A DNA stretch of 60,702 nucleotides, counting the filler, from Nemertoderma westbladi (taxonomy: Eukaryota; Animalia; Xenacoelomorpha): NCBI GenBank assembly GCA_032718475.1. It is 3 parts of 3 records of this genome, joined end to end, with 100 filler letters (N's around TTAATTAATTAA, not from the genome) between each part and the next. Parts side by side here need not be neighbours in the genome. Positions count along the whole stretch, not along the records: positions 23,978 to 45,765 come from JAUCBJ010005168.1; positions 45,866 to 60,702 come from JAUCBJ010004085.1; 1 more part is not named here. The stretch is one strand, 5' to 3'. How positions within the stretch are numbered: the first letter of the stretch is position 1; every line of letters begins with the position of its first letter. The notes under the pieces were generated by a model, which was not told the origin of the DNA, made no database searches, and saw nothing but the letters and a program-made list of their open reading frames with translations. The translations under genes and the position numbers were made by a program. Of this stretch, positions 35,558 through 48,555 are shown piece by piece.

Positions 35558-37787
35558 ATGACGGAGAGACTTGTCAGGAAGAGAAAGGTGGAAAGAAGTG
35601 GGAAGGAGATACTAGTAGACTTCACCCAAAGGCATCCGGAGGAGAAGACGAGGGGATACTATGAGCCGTTAGCGAAGGGTCACAAGGCGCTGCAGGACCA
35701 TTTCAGGGAGATGCACGAGAGGCGACTGGTCGGGACCTACAGAACACCGTCGCTAGACAACGCAATCCTTGAGCATTTCCACTACGTAGTAAAGGGAGAC
35801 GAGGCGAAGTTCGGGATACCGAAGTACCTGAGGGAACCACCGAGAAAGGACTGGAGGAGGTTCGTAGAGTCTGTAAAAAGTGGAGGATACATGGTCCTAG
35901 ACGACGAAGGGACTGTGGAAGACGACGAGGGTTCGAGAAGAGGGTCGGAGGGGTTGGCCAGAACCATACTACTGCATTTGGCTGCGCCGAATGGAGACAT
36001 ATTCCTGTTCAATCTAGGAACATATGGGAAGAAGAGCGGGCCGAAATTAAACCGGTTGCCAAGGGCGGTGCAGAACCTAGTAAGGGAGAAGTCGACGATG
36101 AAGGTGGATCGGCGATCCGCGACGATGCGGAGAGGATCGTCAGACTGGAGACCCCCAACCTCCTGGACATGCAAGCGGTCTACATGGCCATGACAGGGCC
36201 AGACAGGTTGGGATTGGTAGAGAAGACAGGACATTGCGGAGCAGTGGCGATGGGCAAACTCATGGGGCTCGTCTGCCACAAGCCAATGGACTGGGGTAAA
36301 TTCAGGGAGGAGTACGGAGTGGAGCTGGCGAACTCGCTGAAGTGGGGAGCGAGGCCAGGGAAACAGGAGGTATATCAGTTCCGGAGAGGAGCGATAAAGA
36401 TATATCAGAAGCGATATATCCTACAGGAGGATTGGATAATGATAGGTTTACTAAACCTATTCATGGCCGTGGTTATCGGAAGAGAGCCAACGGCGTTTCT
36501 GCTGTCAGGATCACCCCTGAACTACAGAAGAGCCTTCAAGGTGGCCTTCGAAGGTCTGGCAGACCACCTGGGGCTGAAGGGCGAGTCGGTATACTACAAC
36601 TGCCGGCACCTAGTAGACAGGGAGGTGGATACACCATATCAGAGGTGGGAGAAGCTGGAGGCGGATAGACTAGAGGAGAAGCGACTGGAAGAAGTCACCA
36701 GATGAGAAAGGAGGGAGGCAGACGAAAGAGAGGCGGAAGCTAGAGGAGAGGACTACGTGTTCGAGGCCCAGAACTTGGACGAGTTACGGTGGGGATCAGG
36801 GAGCTCGGGCGAGTTTCTGGGGGAGGAGTTAGGATGGACGGAAGAATCGCCGAAACAGTCAATATCAGGATTGCAAGCGATGCCCATGCCAGCGGGCTCT
36901 GATGGCGATTTCGCGAGGAAGAGACCGAGAGAACTGGAAGGATGGAAAGTTACGGGAAGAGCCAAGGTGGGAAGGGACACAGTGGGTCTGCCGGGATACC
37001 TGGTTTGGATCCACTTCCAGCGGGGGATGAGGATGACGATGAGTTCGGGGAGATGCCGCCCATCGAGAGGATCGGCCACTCAGACACTGACTGGGTTGGC
37101 GGGAGAGTGGTGACGGCCAGCGGGGCGAGGGCCTTCTGGGATAAACCCGGCAAGCGGACCTGGATGCACGAGGAGCCAGAAATGGATTTCGCGGGGAGCA
37201 CCATCAGGTTGGGCGAGCAACCAGGAACGGCACCACGAGTAGTGTTTGGAGAGACGATGCCGAGGCAAGACGAGGATGTAGACATGGACAGAGATGTTAA
37301 CGTCCAGAAGTTTGCTTACCAACGGCTCCATAGACCTAGGAGACCGCTTGGGGCAAAAGGCGACTTGGGGCGGGATGTGTTGATACACGGCTGCGATTAC
37401 TGCGGGAGGCTTACTCACCAGGAAAAGAGCTGTTTGTATCGATTCCAGAAGGGGACGAGTTGCCTCTACTGCCGTGAGTCGAGTCATAGGATGGGGGCGT
37501 GTCCGAGTTTGCACAACCGGTGTTCTAAGTGTAACTTCCGAGGGCACTATGGGCGCCAGTGCGACTGGATGGACGATGAGGAGAAGTTCAAGATCTTCGA
37601 GGAGTGGGCCGACGTCGGCGTCATAACACCAGCGCCCAAAGAATCAACCACGGGAATTAGTATGGCGGTAACGGCGAGAATGAGGAGTCTCAAAGAAGAC
37701 AAACCAGAGGGAAGGAAGTGGCCCAGACAGGACGACGATAGAGGGAAGGAACTGAGATGGTTCCCGAAGACGGGAGGAGAGAATTAA
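35558..37787 (+). pseudogene. E2 extra ORF3 (~740 aa reconstructed): DEDDy-like exonuclease + three Cys/His knuckles
   Basis: ExoI-like YMVLDDEG; LLHLAAPNGDIFLF; LPRAVQNLV..KV[fs]GSAIRDDA; LLDMQ; QKRYILQE; CDYCGRLTHQEKSC, CLYCRESSHRMGAC, CSKCNFRGHYGRQC; frameshifts at ~36107 and ~36960, in-frame TGA at 36703. Confidence 0.8.
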
Positions 37788-38467
37788 GACTCGGAGGGGG
37801 AGATGTGGGGATGCCTGGAAGGCACCACATATGAGGTAATACGAACTCCTAAGTGCAAATTTAATAAAGTGCAATTAGTATATACGTATGTAATAATCAA
37901 TAGAATATAATTAGAATCAATATAATCAAAGTAACTACTATAGTCATGTAACCTTTTCCAACTAGCTACTGGGACTGGGGACCAACTGACTATACTAGGA
38001 GCACGGGACAGTAGACGAATCACATTTTCTGAGTGCGACGGCACAAAAGGGGAGGGTGAGGCTTGTCAGGAGTGAGTGGAGTGGAATAAATGTGGGTTGA
38101 GTATAGGAACATGGGGGAGGAACGGAGAGGTGTTGACGTGCGCAGAATGTAGACGGGTGCAATTCAAATGTGGGGAGCGAGCAGAGTGGAGTTAGAGTGA
38201 GTTCAGAGTGGAGTTAGAGTGAGTTCAGAGCGAAGTTAGAGTGAGTTTGGAGAGAGGTGATATAAAATTGTGTGAGAGGAGTCCACAATTGTCTCGAACA
38301 GAGACGTCAGATGTCTTGGTGCAACATAGGTTGCGATTGCACCAAGAAGGGGTAGCAATATCATACCCAGAGGGAGCGGCCTGGAAAGCCGACTCCGAGA
38401 AAAGAACTCCACCACACACCCGATACTAGATCGGGTTCCAGCGGAATTGAAGCGCACTTGAGGTTGA

Positions 38468-38502
38468 TGCTATCTTCTCACCGGGAAGATAGCAAGGGGG
38501 AG
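38468..38502 (+). promoter_or_regulatory. E2 polypurine tract (AAGGGGGAG) preceded by a hairpin
   Basis: TGCTATCTTC-7nt-GAAGATAGCA, then AAGGGGGAG|TGTAAG. Confidence 0.7.
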
Positions 38503-38900
38503 TGTAAGCGGATTCAATTCCACCTCATTACCCACCAGTAAATGGGATAGTGGCATTTTCAGCAATATGTTGGAAATACGAGATTAGCAATATTAATCTC
38601 GTATCACAACCAACATTGGGGGGGGGGGGGGGGGCAACACAAGCCCCGAAGCCATACACAAAGGAAGGTTAGAGGTCAAACCACCTCGGAGGGGACACAG
38701 CTAGTAGAGGCTAGCTGCAGAGGGGAAACACTCCCAGAGAGTGAAAGGGTGACAAGTAGAATATTAGCCAATAAGGGGGGAGGAAAGCACTGGTAGGGCA
38801 CAGAAGAGCATCCATTAGGTAACAGGCCAAAGTAGCGTAGGAGTTGAAGCAATATTGGTATATCAATCATATATTACCTTCCGTTGCCGGTTTGTGATTC
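38503..38900 (+). repeat. Start of the E2 3' LTR (end uncertain)
   Basis: TGTAAG immediately after the PPT. Confidence 0.55.
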
Positions 38901-39249
38901 AGTTAGTTAGTTACCCAGTTTCAGTGCAGACCGGTAACATTGTTTCACCGTCATCAACAGTGGCTATCAATCATATATTACTATTACCGGTATCAACATA
39001 AACAGTCATCTGCCATCATATTAATTGTGCTATTATTATTATATATTACAACGGCAAGGAACAACATCAATCCTGAACGCTTTTCTCCAACGGCCTCGGC
39101 CAAGCTATCAGTAACACCATCTTAAAGCTTGCGGTGACGCGTATAGCAACTTACCCGGTCGGGATCTCTGATCCTGTCACATAACGCCTTATGAAAACGA
39201 TTATCTCTGTTCATCGTAATGGTGGATTTGTAGTTGCAATAACTATGGC

Positions 39250-40420
39250 GAGTGCCCCTGGCACTCTTACATTGGTGTGCCCCTGGCACTCTTACATTGG
39301 TGTGCCCCTGGCACTCTTACATTGCATTGGTGTGCCCCTCTAATTACTCTAATTTCTTTGTTCGCTAATGTTGGCTAATTTCTGGATCGCATTGGGGAGT
39401 TTATTCCATAGATATGGGCCAAGGTAGGAGAACGACTGTGTGGCTGCTACAGTGTGTTTCTGGTGTACTAAGCGTGCAGCGTGAGCGTGTGCAGCTCCGT
39501 TATGTAGGGGGTGAGAAGGTTCAGTAAAAATAACCATGTCGCGCATATAAGCCGGGGCTGTCTTTGCATGGATATTAAACATGTGGGTTAGTATTATCTG
39601 GTGGGTACGTTCAGTAATTGGAAGCCAGTTAAAATCTACAAAATGGGCAGCACAATATGCGCTTGAGAGTCAAGTCATGGGCAGAACCTGATGCACTTGC
39701 GTTGGAGTGCATCGACTTGATTACGTAGACGACTCGCAGCACTCGGATACCAGCAAGGGGCTGAAAAGTCTATAAGCGGCTGTATCAGCGAGTTACAAAG
39801 CAACCGACGCAGGGGTTTATCAAGGACTTGCGAATTCCGATAAAGGAATTTGAGACATGCGTTTCCCCTGCGTATAATATTATGTGTGGACTCCGATCCG
39901 GATAAGGTTGGATCCATCACGTATCCCAAGTACTTTATGGTATCTGTTGGTTCGAGTAGTTTGTTTTTGTAGTAGACTTCAAGGCTTCCGGCTGATGCAA
40001 TGCATTGGTGCGTTCCTAAAAGGAAGACCTCGAATTTCCTGGGGTGTATACTGAGGCGATTATCAACTGCCCAATCAGCTACGCGCGACAGAGTTTCAAT
40101 AAGGCATGCAGAAATTTCTTCGCAGTTGTCTCCGGCTTTGATGAGGTTGGTATCATCAGCATACTTCAGTGCAGTGGCGGATTCGTGGCAGGCAGTTTTG
40201 GCTGGGCTGGCATTATTGACGTCGTTAGTCTGGGATGCTGTTTTCGACAAGGATTTGACAGGAGGCAAGGCAAGGTCTAAATCGTTCATATAGATCAGGA
40301 ATTAGAGGACAGCGAGTAGGGCTCCTTGAGGAGTACCGCAGTCAATTCCAAGAGTTCTAGAACGAGAGTTTCCTACCTGGACAAACTGGGATCTGCCAGA
40401 TAGGTATGATCGGGAACCTT
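39250..40420 (-). mobile_element. CR1/L2-like LINE RT fragment, 5' truncated, with a 25-bp tandem repeat (x3.5) at 39251-39340
   Basis: SYLSGRSQFV, GTPQG, FLIYMNDL, KYADDT, IKYLG, SFSYLGPYLWNKLP. Confidence 0.88.
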
Positions 40421-41944
40421 CCTGTAGTTCTTAGTTGGGCAGGCGCAGGCCTCAACCCAGTCAACCCTAAATTGTAGGCCTAATATGTAATAATATAAGA
40501 AATTTAGTGTATTTTTGGGCAGTTGAACATTTACAATGCATTGTTTCCATTTATGACTTAGGGCAGGGGTACTGACTTCTGGACTTATTATTTATTTATA
40601 CAAGACTTATATATTTTTTTTCATTTTAATTTATTGTGTTAGTCAGTTAATCCACAATATAATCAATCAGTGCGGCTTACTGGCCAATGCCACGGTAGTT
40701 ATGTTTTATGTATTAGTCAGTTTGTTGTTTTGTTTGATTTTCAAAGCATTTTGACAAAATTTCGCATTCAATACCGGTATTTTTAAAAGGCACTGCATCC
40801 ACAAAATAGCTCATCAAATGTTACAGATTTTTTAGCATTTTTATGATTTATCTGTATCAGTTTATAGCGCTTGTATTTTTCACCAATACATTGTTTTTGG
40901 TTAGGCCTACTTTATTCGCCCTGTTCAGTCAGTCTGCTGTTTGTATCTGTGTATAGCTTTTTTTAAAATTTCCAATGGCCTGATGGCAGAATGGTGCCCA
41001 CATACGGGGTATGTTTAAAGCAAAAACCAAGCTAATTTATGTTTTAAAAAACCTATTGCTGTATTGACTGATTGAAGAGTCAGTTAAAATGCCCACTCTA
41101 TGCTGCTATGGGGTAGAACTGTTTCTTTACCTTAAAGTGGGCACTTTTTAAATTTTTTAAAAATGTACAAAAAACTGAAATAAAATAAATTGTTAAATAC
41201 TTATCTGCTTATTATGAAGGTTAGATATCAAACTTTCATTTAATTATACTTTGTGATACTTCCCTTAAAATTATGATGTAAAACTTGGAGAGGTTTTTAA
41301 AAAGTGTGCCCAGATTCGGGTGTTGACGCTTGACGGTAGGCTTAAATCGAATTTAAATTATATTGAATTTTAAATTATCATGGGGGTAGGCTAAGAATAC
41401 ACGTTGTGGGGTCTTCGAGCAGCACGTGTTCAAATGTTCAATGACTGAGCAGCGACTAATTAACAAATTTATGAGAGATTCATTGACCAGCTACCGACAG
41501 ACCAATATTGTGACATATATTTTAGTTTAATGTTTGATTCAATTAGAGGCACAAATTAAAAAGGCTACAAATATATAGGGGTGAAGAATTAAATTAGTCA
41601 CCCATTAGGCCTAAAAGGTCCCCAAATATAAGTTGCAATCTATATAAATTTTTAAATTCAGTAGTGTGCGTGTGTTGTGTATTGATTCCGTAGATTTCAT
41701 GTTTAAATAGCGTTCATTAATTTAATTTCTATTTAATGATTCATGCATACTAATACACACATTAAATTAGTTCGCGTGTGTTAAGTGTGTAAGATTTGAT
41801 TGTTTCGTCACGAAACCATTAGGGCACAGAAACTGACGGATTCTTCGCGAATTTCGCAAACGTCGCAAACTTCGGGAATTTGTTCTACAATTTTGACTCC
41901 TTAAGCAAAAGGGTCCCGAATGAGTTTTTTAACCTTTATTTTTT

Positions 41945-42230
41945 GTGATTTTGAGTCCTTTTTTTATATTAGTGAATATTCTAGAACCTTAGTAGATTTT
42001 TAATGGTATATAGCTAGTATTTTTTACTAGCTAGTAATTTTTGGAAATTATTTTGGTCATTAATATATTCTTCAACAGTTTAACCTGAAATATCATGGAC
42101 TTTCACATTTTTTATAATTTCAAAAAATACTAGCTAGCAAAAAAACACTAGCTATCATAAAAAACATATCTACTAATGTTGTAGAACTTTCACCAATACC
42201 AAAAAAATTAAAAAACTCTAAAAAAGGATT
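41945..42230. repeat. Imperfect fold-back (~100-bp arms)
   Basis: TAGTAGAT...TAGCTAGT..TTTTTACTAGCTAGTAATTTTTGGAAATT mirrored by AATTTCAAAAAATACTAGCTAGCAAAAAAACACTAGCTA...ATCTACTA. Confidence 0.7.
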
Positions 42231-42279
42231 GGTGAAAAATGGCTGGGGTGTCGACAGGGCGAAGTAGGGACCGTGTTGC

Positions 42280-42351
42280 TTAACCCCTTAGAGCCTATGA
42301 CGTCCACTGCACGTCACCATGGACAGCACGAAGACGTGCAGTGGACGTCAT
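42280..42351 (+). mobile_element. piggyBac-MITE-like end: TTAA-CCC followed by a perfect 19-bp hairpin
   Basis: TTAACCCCTTAGAGCCT; ATGACGTCCACTGCACGTC-17nt-GACGTGCAGTGGACGTCAT. Confidence 0.5.
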
Positions 42352-42523
42352 GCTGGAATACATGTTTTATTGGAAGGCTCTTGGAGTAGGTATGCTGGTG
42401 GATAGTATTAATGACATTTATTGCTCTTCGTGGCAAAAAATCCATTCTGTACTGTAGATAGGCTGTATTGTAGACTGTATTATTAGTGTTAGGTATATGG
42501 CGTAATGCCAACCACAGTACAGT

Positions 42524-44745
42524 AGTTCAGACTGACAGAGAGACCGACAGACAGACAGACTAGATTTATGTAAACGTGTAAACTGACATCATAAATGAAA
42601 TCAGCAACCCTTAAAACCCCCATAGCGAGAATGTTAGTTAATTTGAATTATCTTTTATGTTTTGACAGACTGACTGACAGAATGACCGACAGACAGACAG
42701 ACTAGATTTATGTAAACGTGTAAACTGACATCAGAAATGAAATCAGCAACCCTTAAAACCCCCATAGCGAGAATGTTAGTTAATTTGAATTATCTTTTAT
42801 GTTTTGACAGACTGACTGACAGAATGACCGACAGACAGACAGACTAGATTTTTTTAAACGTGAAAACTGACATCTGAAATAAAATTAGCACCCATTAAAA
42901 CCCCCATAACGAGAATGTTAGATAGTTTGTATTCTTTTTTAAGTTTTGACAGACTGGCTGACTGACAGAAAGACCGACAAACAGACAGTCTAGATTTATG
43001 TAAACCTGAAAACTGACATCAGAAATGAAATCAGCACCCCTTAAAACCCCCATAGCGAGAATGTTAGTTAATTTGAATCCTCTTTTATGTTTTGACAGAC
43101 TGACTGACAGAATGACCGACAGACAGACAGACTAGATTTATGTAAACGTGTAAACTGACATCATAAATGAAATCAGCAACCCTTAAAACCCCCATAGCGA
43201 GAATGTTAGTTAATTTGAATTATCTTTTATGTTTTGACAGACTGACTGACAGAATGACCGACAGACAGACAGACTAGATTTATGTAAACGTGTAAACTGA
43301 CATCATAAATGAAATCAGCAACCCTTAAAACCCCCATAGCGAGAATGTTAGTTAATTTGAATTATCTTTTATGTTTTGACAGACTGACTGACAGAATGAC
43401 CGACAGACAGACAGACTAGATTTATGTAAACGTGTAAACTGACATCATAAATGAAATCAGCAACCCTTAAAACCCCCATAGCGAGAATGTTAGCTAATTT
43501 GAATTATCTTTTATGTTTTGACAGACTGACTGACAGAATGACCGACAGACAGACAGACTAGATTTATGTAAACGTGTAAACTGACATCAGAAATGAAATC
43601 AGCAACCCTTAAAACCCCCATAGCGAGAATGTTAGTTAATTTGAATTATCTTTTATGTTTTGACAGACTGACTGACAGAATGACCGACAGACAGACAGAC
43701 TAGATTTTTTTAAACGTGAAAACTGACATCTGAAATAAAATTAGCACCCATTAAAACCCCCATAACGAGAATGTTAGATAGTTTGTATTCTTTTTTAAGT
43801 TTTGACAGACTGACTGACTGACAGAAAGACCGACAAACAGACAGTCTAGATTTATGTAAACCTGAAAACTGACATCAGAAATGAAATCAGCACCCCTTAA
43901 AACCCCCATAGCGAGAATGTTAGTTAATTTGAATTATCTTTTATGTTTTGACAGACTGACTGACAGAATGACCGACAGACAGACAGACTAGATTTATGTA
44001 AACGTGTAAACTGACATCATAAATGAAATCAGCAACCCTTAAAACCCCCATAGCGAGAATGTTAGTTAATTTGAATTATCTTTTATGTTTTGACAGACTG
44101 ACTGACAGAATGACCGACAGACAGACAGACTAGATTTATGTAAACGTGTAAACTGACATCATAAATGAAATCAGCAACCCTTAAAACCCCCATAGCGAGA
44201 ATGTTAGTTAATTTGAATTATCTTTTATGTTTTGACAGACTGACTGACAGAATGACCGACAGACAGACAGACTAGATTTATGTAAACGTGTAAACTGACA
44301 TCATAAATGAAATCAGCAACCCTTAAAACCCCCATAGCGAGAATGTTAGCTAATTTGAATTATCTTTTATGTTTTGACAGACTGACTGACAGAATGACCG
44401 ACAGACAGACAGACTAGATTTATGTAAACGTGTAAACTGACATCAGAAATGAAATCAGCAACCCTTAAAACCCCCATAGCGAGAATGTTAGTTAATTTGA
44501 ATTATCTTTTATGTTTTGACAGACTGACTGACAGAATGACCGACATACAGACAGTCTAGATTTATGTAAACCTGAAAACTGACATCAGAAATGAAATCAG
44601 CACCCCTTAAAACCCCCATAGCGAGAATGTTAGTTAATTTGAATTCTCTTTTATGTTTTGAGTCCAGACTGACTAGATTTATGTAAACGTGAAAACTGAC
44701 ATCAGAAATGTAATCAGCACTCCCATAGTGAGAATGTTAGCGACA
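42524..44745. repeat. 142-bp satellite, ~15.5 copies, with embedded GACA microsatellite and a 6-unit higher-order pattern
   Basis: TAGATTT recurs at 42561, 42703, 42845, 42991, 43133...; variant unit recurs after 856 bp. Confidence 0.95.
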
Positions 44746-45765
44746 AGTTTTAATTATTAACCATAGTTCGTAAGATATATTTTAAAACATTTATTTAATA
44801 ATAATGCAATAACTGAATAACCAGATAACGGAACGACAAACCGAATTGAAACTTTTAATTACTAATAATAATTGTGGTGAGAGGTGATGGAAATCAAGGA
44901 TATATGTTGTTATGTTATGGAGCACGCGTTGGTAGGCACAGGCAATGAATTGATGTCTGTTGAGATGTATTGAAGGAGCACTATTCCTTCTTTAGTAATA
45001 ATATTAATGTCAATGAATAACTGATACCTAAACACACACACACCCCCCGTCAGCCAGTTCTATGGAGAGTGAGTGAATGGATAGGGAATTAATGCTATCC
45101 TACCAGCATAGCAGCAGTCTGCCTCTAACAGGCCAGGACATTCTCAGCGTGGCTAAGACACGGGAAGGAATTACTCCGTATTGACTGTCATTAGGCGGTT
45201 AGAGCCTGCCTGTGAATTAATTGATAAAAATGCCATTTTAATTGTAAATCAATAAATAACTATAAAACTTGACATTAATCTCGAGTATAAAGTAAAGACT
45301 TTGATAGAATGGGACACGGCGAATCTACCCATGTTAATTTTATACCAGATGGGATAAATGTTACCCCCCTAAATAATTAATTACCGATAGAAGAATCGAA
45401 ATAATTCGATTCAACCATACAATTTAGCTGAAGATATAAATTTAGATTATGGCTTCCGACATTTATGGCTTCCGACACACACACTGACACACACAGTGAC
45501 ACACACACACACACACAGACTTTTGAAAAACGGCCATAGTATAATTATATCAGTTCGCTGATGGCTCGCCATACGTGTCTCGCCCCACACTGCTGCACTG
45601 AGGGGTGCTGCTGTGCTGGCGTTGGGGTGTTAAATTTCACTAAAAAATCACCCAGATAGTTTCGCGTTCTCCTGTCTCCCCCGGCACCCGGTCAGCCGGT
45701 TAAAATACAGTACCGGTCTGCCGGTAGGGCGGTAGCTGCCTAGCAGGGATGGCAAAAACCATGGT

Positions 45766-45865
45766 NNNNNNNNNNNNNNNNNNNNNNNNNNNNNNNNNNN
45801 NNNNNNNNNTTAATTAATTAANNNNNNNNNNNNNNNNNNNNNNNNNNNNNNNNNNNNNNNNNNNN
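45766..45865. other. Artificial 100-nt gap/linker
   Basis: N-TTAATTAATTAA-N. Confidence 0.97.
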
Positions 45866-46759
45866 ATTTTTTGAATTCTGTCTCACTATAAACTGCTATC
45901 TTGATTTTGCACAACATTTATTTGTAATATTTTTTTTTTATTATAATTCTTGTTATAAATTTAACTCTGTATGCGCCATGATGGTCGTCTCAAAATTTAG
46001 ATTACTTGCTATCATTTTGGAATATTCTAGAACATTACAATTTTCAATATTAATAAATATTTATATATAATAAATATTAATAAATTAATAATTTTCAATT
46101 ATTTGACTTTATTTTGAATTAATTTGACTTGCAGTTTGGAGATGCACTTCGATTCCGGTGTGCACACGGCACACCCGATGTTCGCTCGTATGGAGCCGTA
46201 CGGCGGTGCGTCACCGGGTTGTTACCAAGGTTTCACTAGACGTAGGAGAGTGCCCAGTTTTTCCCACCTTAAACACCAAGTTAGTTAGCATTGCATTACT
46301 CAGTAACACGCCTCACAGTATATTTGTTATTTACTTATTTATTATGTGATGTAAAAATATGCATAAATACATCATTTTCAAGTCACCTATTATAAATCAA
46401 AGGTAAAATTGTGAAATGTACTTTTTATACTTTTTTCACACGTTTTCAAGCTAAAGTGCACTAAAATCTCAGTCAAATTCCCAACTTATTTGCAACATAA
46501 TTTTGAGATAGGAAGGAAGAGGGTGTGTGGGGGGGGGGGGGGTCTGGACGCAAATCCCATCTCCCCAATTTTAAATTATTAATTACGGGAAAGGAACTTG
46601 GAACAGGTTAGAATGGCACGTTTTTCTAGCCAAAATAATAAATAAAACACAATAGCACATTATTTAGAGCAGCATTAGAACCCGTACTCTTATATGGAAG
46701 TCCATACAGGTCTTAACTTCTTAGGTTACCGAATATCTGGATGAGGCTTCTACAAGAAT

Positions 46760-47340
46760 GCTGCGTCGGTTTCATTGAGTCAAGTACAATACGTCAATTC
46801 ACACGTCTCAAACAAACCATATAACTCAAAGCAGTAAAACTCTACAACCTACTCTCAGATTGGAAAATATACAACAGAAGAGGCATTCCGCAAGGTACAA
46901 AACTAGGTCCATTACTTTTTCTACTGTACGCTAACAACATTGCTAATCAACTTAACCTGGAATCAATACATTACGCAGATGACATGCTACTTTATTTCGC
47001 CAACAAAAATATCCACACAGCCATAGACCTCCTAAAAATGTTGAAATTATACACATTGAAAATATCGTAAAATCTATCGGTTTGCAACTAAACACAGAAA
47101 AAACAGAATTCCTATTATTATCGCCTCAAAAAACGAACACTTGGAACTGATTCCCTACACCTAACCTTAAAGACAAAGATCATTCAACAATCCTCAAATA
47201 TAAAATATATAGGAGTAATAATTGATAGAGAACTCTCATGGAAAAAGCAAATAAATAACACAGTTAAAGAAATGAACTCAGCAACATCAATAATAGTCAA
47301 TTATAGGACAATTAACCCCAAAGACAAAATTACTTATTTA
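46760..47340 (+). mobile_element. Degenerate LINE RT fragment
   Basis: GIPQGTKLGPLLFLLYANNI...HYADDMLLY; LNTEKTEF; KYIGVIIDRELSW. Confidence 0.8.
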
Positions 47341-48356
47341 TATCACTTCACTATAGTACTACCATATCACAACTTTTATTACAATTTTTGCGTACCTGCT
47401 TGAGTTTTTGAGATATTGGATGGTTATACATACACACACACACACATAACCACATCGTGTTTTTGAACGGCTCAACACTTGACAAGAACTACCCTGGCCT
47501 ATTAATAGGCAGGTTCGTTATTAATGCCACTCCATTACAGACACGGTTACAAATCCCTCTTATATAAAATAGACTAAATCCAAAACGACTGAGTATTTAA
47601 CAATGCAACTGGCACAGAACTAATACGACTTGAAAAACTACCAAATCGAATGGCTAGACGCCAACTTTACGCAATATAAATCGAAGAGTTGTCCTAAAAT
47701 GGTCATAGAGTGAATAGGCATTGTGGACAGCCCATGACTTTCTTGAGACGCATCTTAAAGGACATTGGCCCTTCATGGTGCGTAAAATCTCACAAAAGTC
47801 AAGGGCGAATGTGAGTTGTGGCGTCGCAATTTTGTTGAACTGTGGGCATGTCATTCATAATCCATCCACAATGTATACCATACCGGTTATATAGATGGTA
47901 CAGTCTCGAGCTCAACTATCTATTTTGGGATGTAGACTGATAATGTGGTTTAGGTCTTGTTACGTAAAAGCGAAACGGATAACAATTGAAGTATATAATG
48001 TGTTTGAACAGAACATGTTTTACATTTTCCAATTGATAATAATTTGTTACTAATTATTTTTGATTTTAAAGCCCCAACACCGCAATTTACCACTGTAAAG
48101 AATTAAATAAAAACGTTAACACAATAAAAATTACAATAACATTTCTTGATTTTTATAGTTTGGTAAGAAATATAATAAATCATTAGTGTTTTTATTATTA
48201 TAAACACTATGAATGGTATGAGAGGGAATACCCATGGCGTCACCCATCCAATCACAGCATATCTAAAAGTAATCTATCCAATTACCAACGTTCTAGAATC
48301 ATTCCATATTAACACAACTGACATCGAATGGTCATCCGGAAGTCACAGCCGTTTGC

Positions 48357-48555
48357 CTAAAAGTCAGCCATACTGGCGCAGGTACAGAGGAGGTTTCTGT
48401 CGCCATAGACGTCGTCTATACGGCCCACGGTGGGCCAGACCTTGGTCTCCGGGGTCACCCAGGGCAACGGATAGGCGGCTCTCTCGCGGGAATAACGTCG
48501 GTCCCATTGTTCCGCCGTCACTGCCCGCAGTGTGTGGGGGGCGTGTCGCAAGGGA
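48357..48555 (-). CDS. GLDC: GLDC last coding exon
   Basis: CAG|PLRHAPHT...[21 protein letters not shown]; AATAAA on the minus strand at ~48195. Confidence 0.95.

Larger units (their letters stand above)
27600..38900 (+). mobile_element. BEL/Pao LTR retrotransposon E2 (degenerate) with extra ORF3; both ends approximate
   Basis: gag-PR-RT-RH-INT order, PPT and TG start of the 3' LTR; no matching 5' LTR found. Confidence 0.92.

Noticed and set aside
35558-37787. Retroviral env in the ORF3 position
   Set aside because: No signal peptide, furin/fusion peptide or C-terminal TM anchor evident; exonuclease and knuckle motifs instead
39264-39271. CTTACA as the end of the E2 3' LTR (inverse of TGTAAG)
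   Set aside because: Lies within a 25-bp tandem repeat at a LINE tail; cannot be confirmed without a second LTR or TSD
42524-44745. CRISPR or coding repeat
   Set aside because: Tandem satellite with no spacers and no ORF
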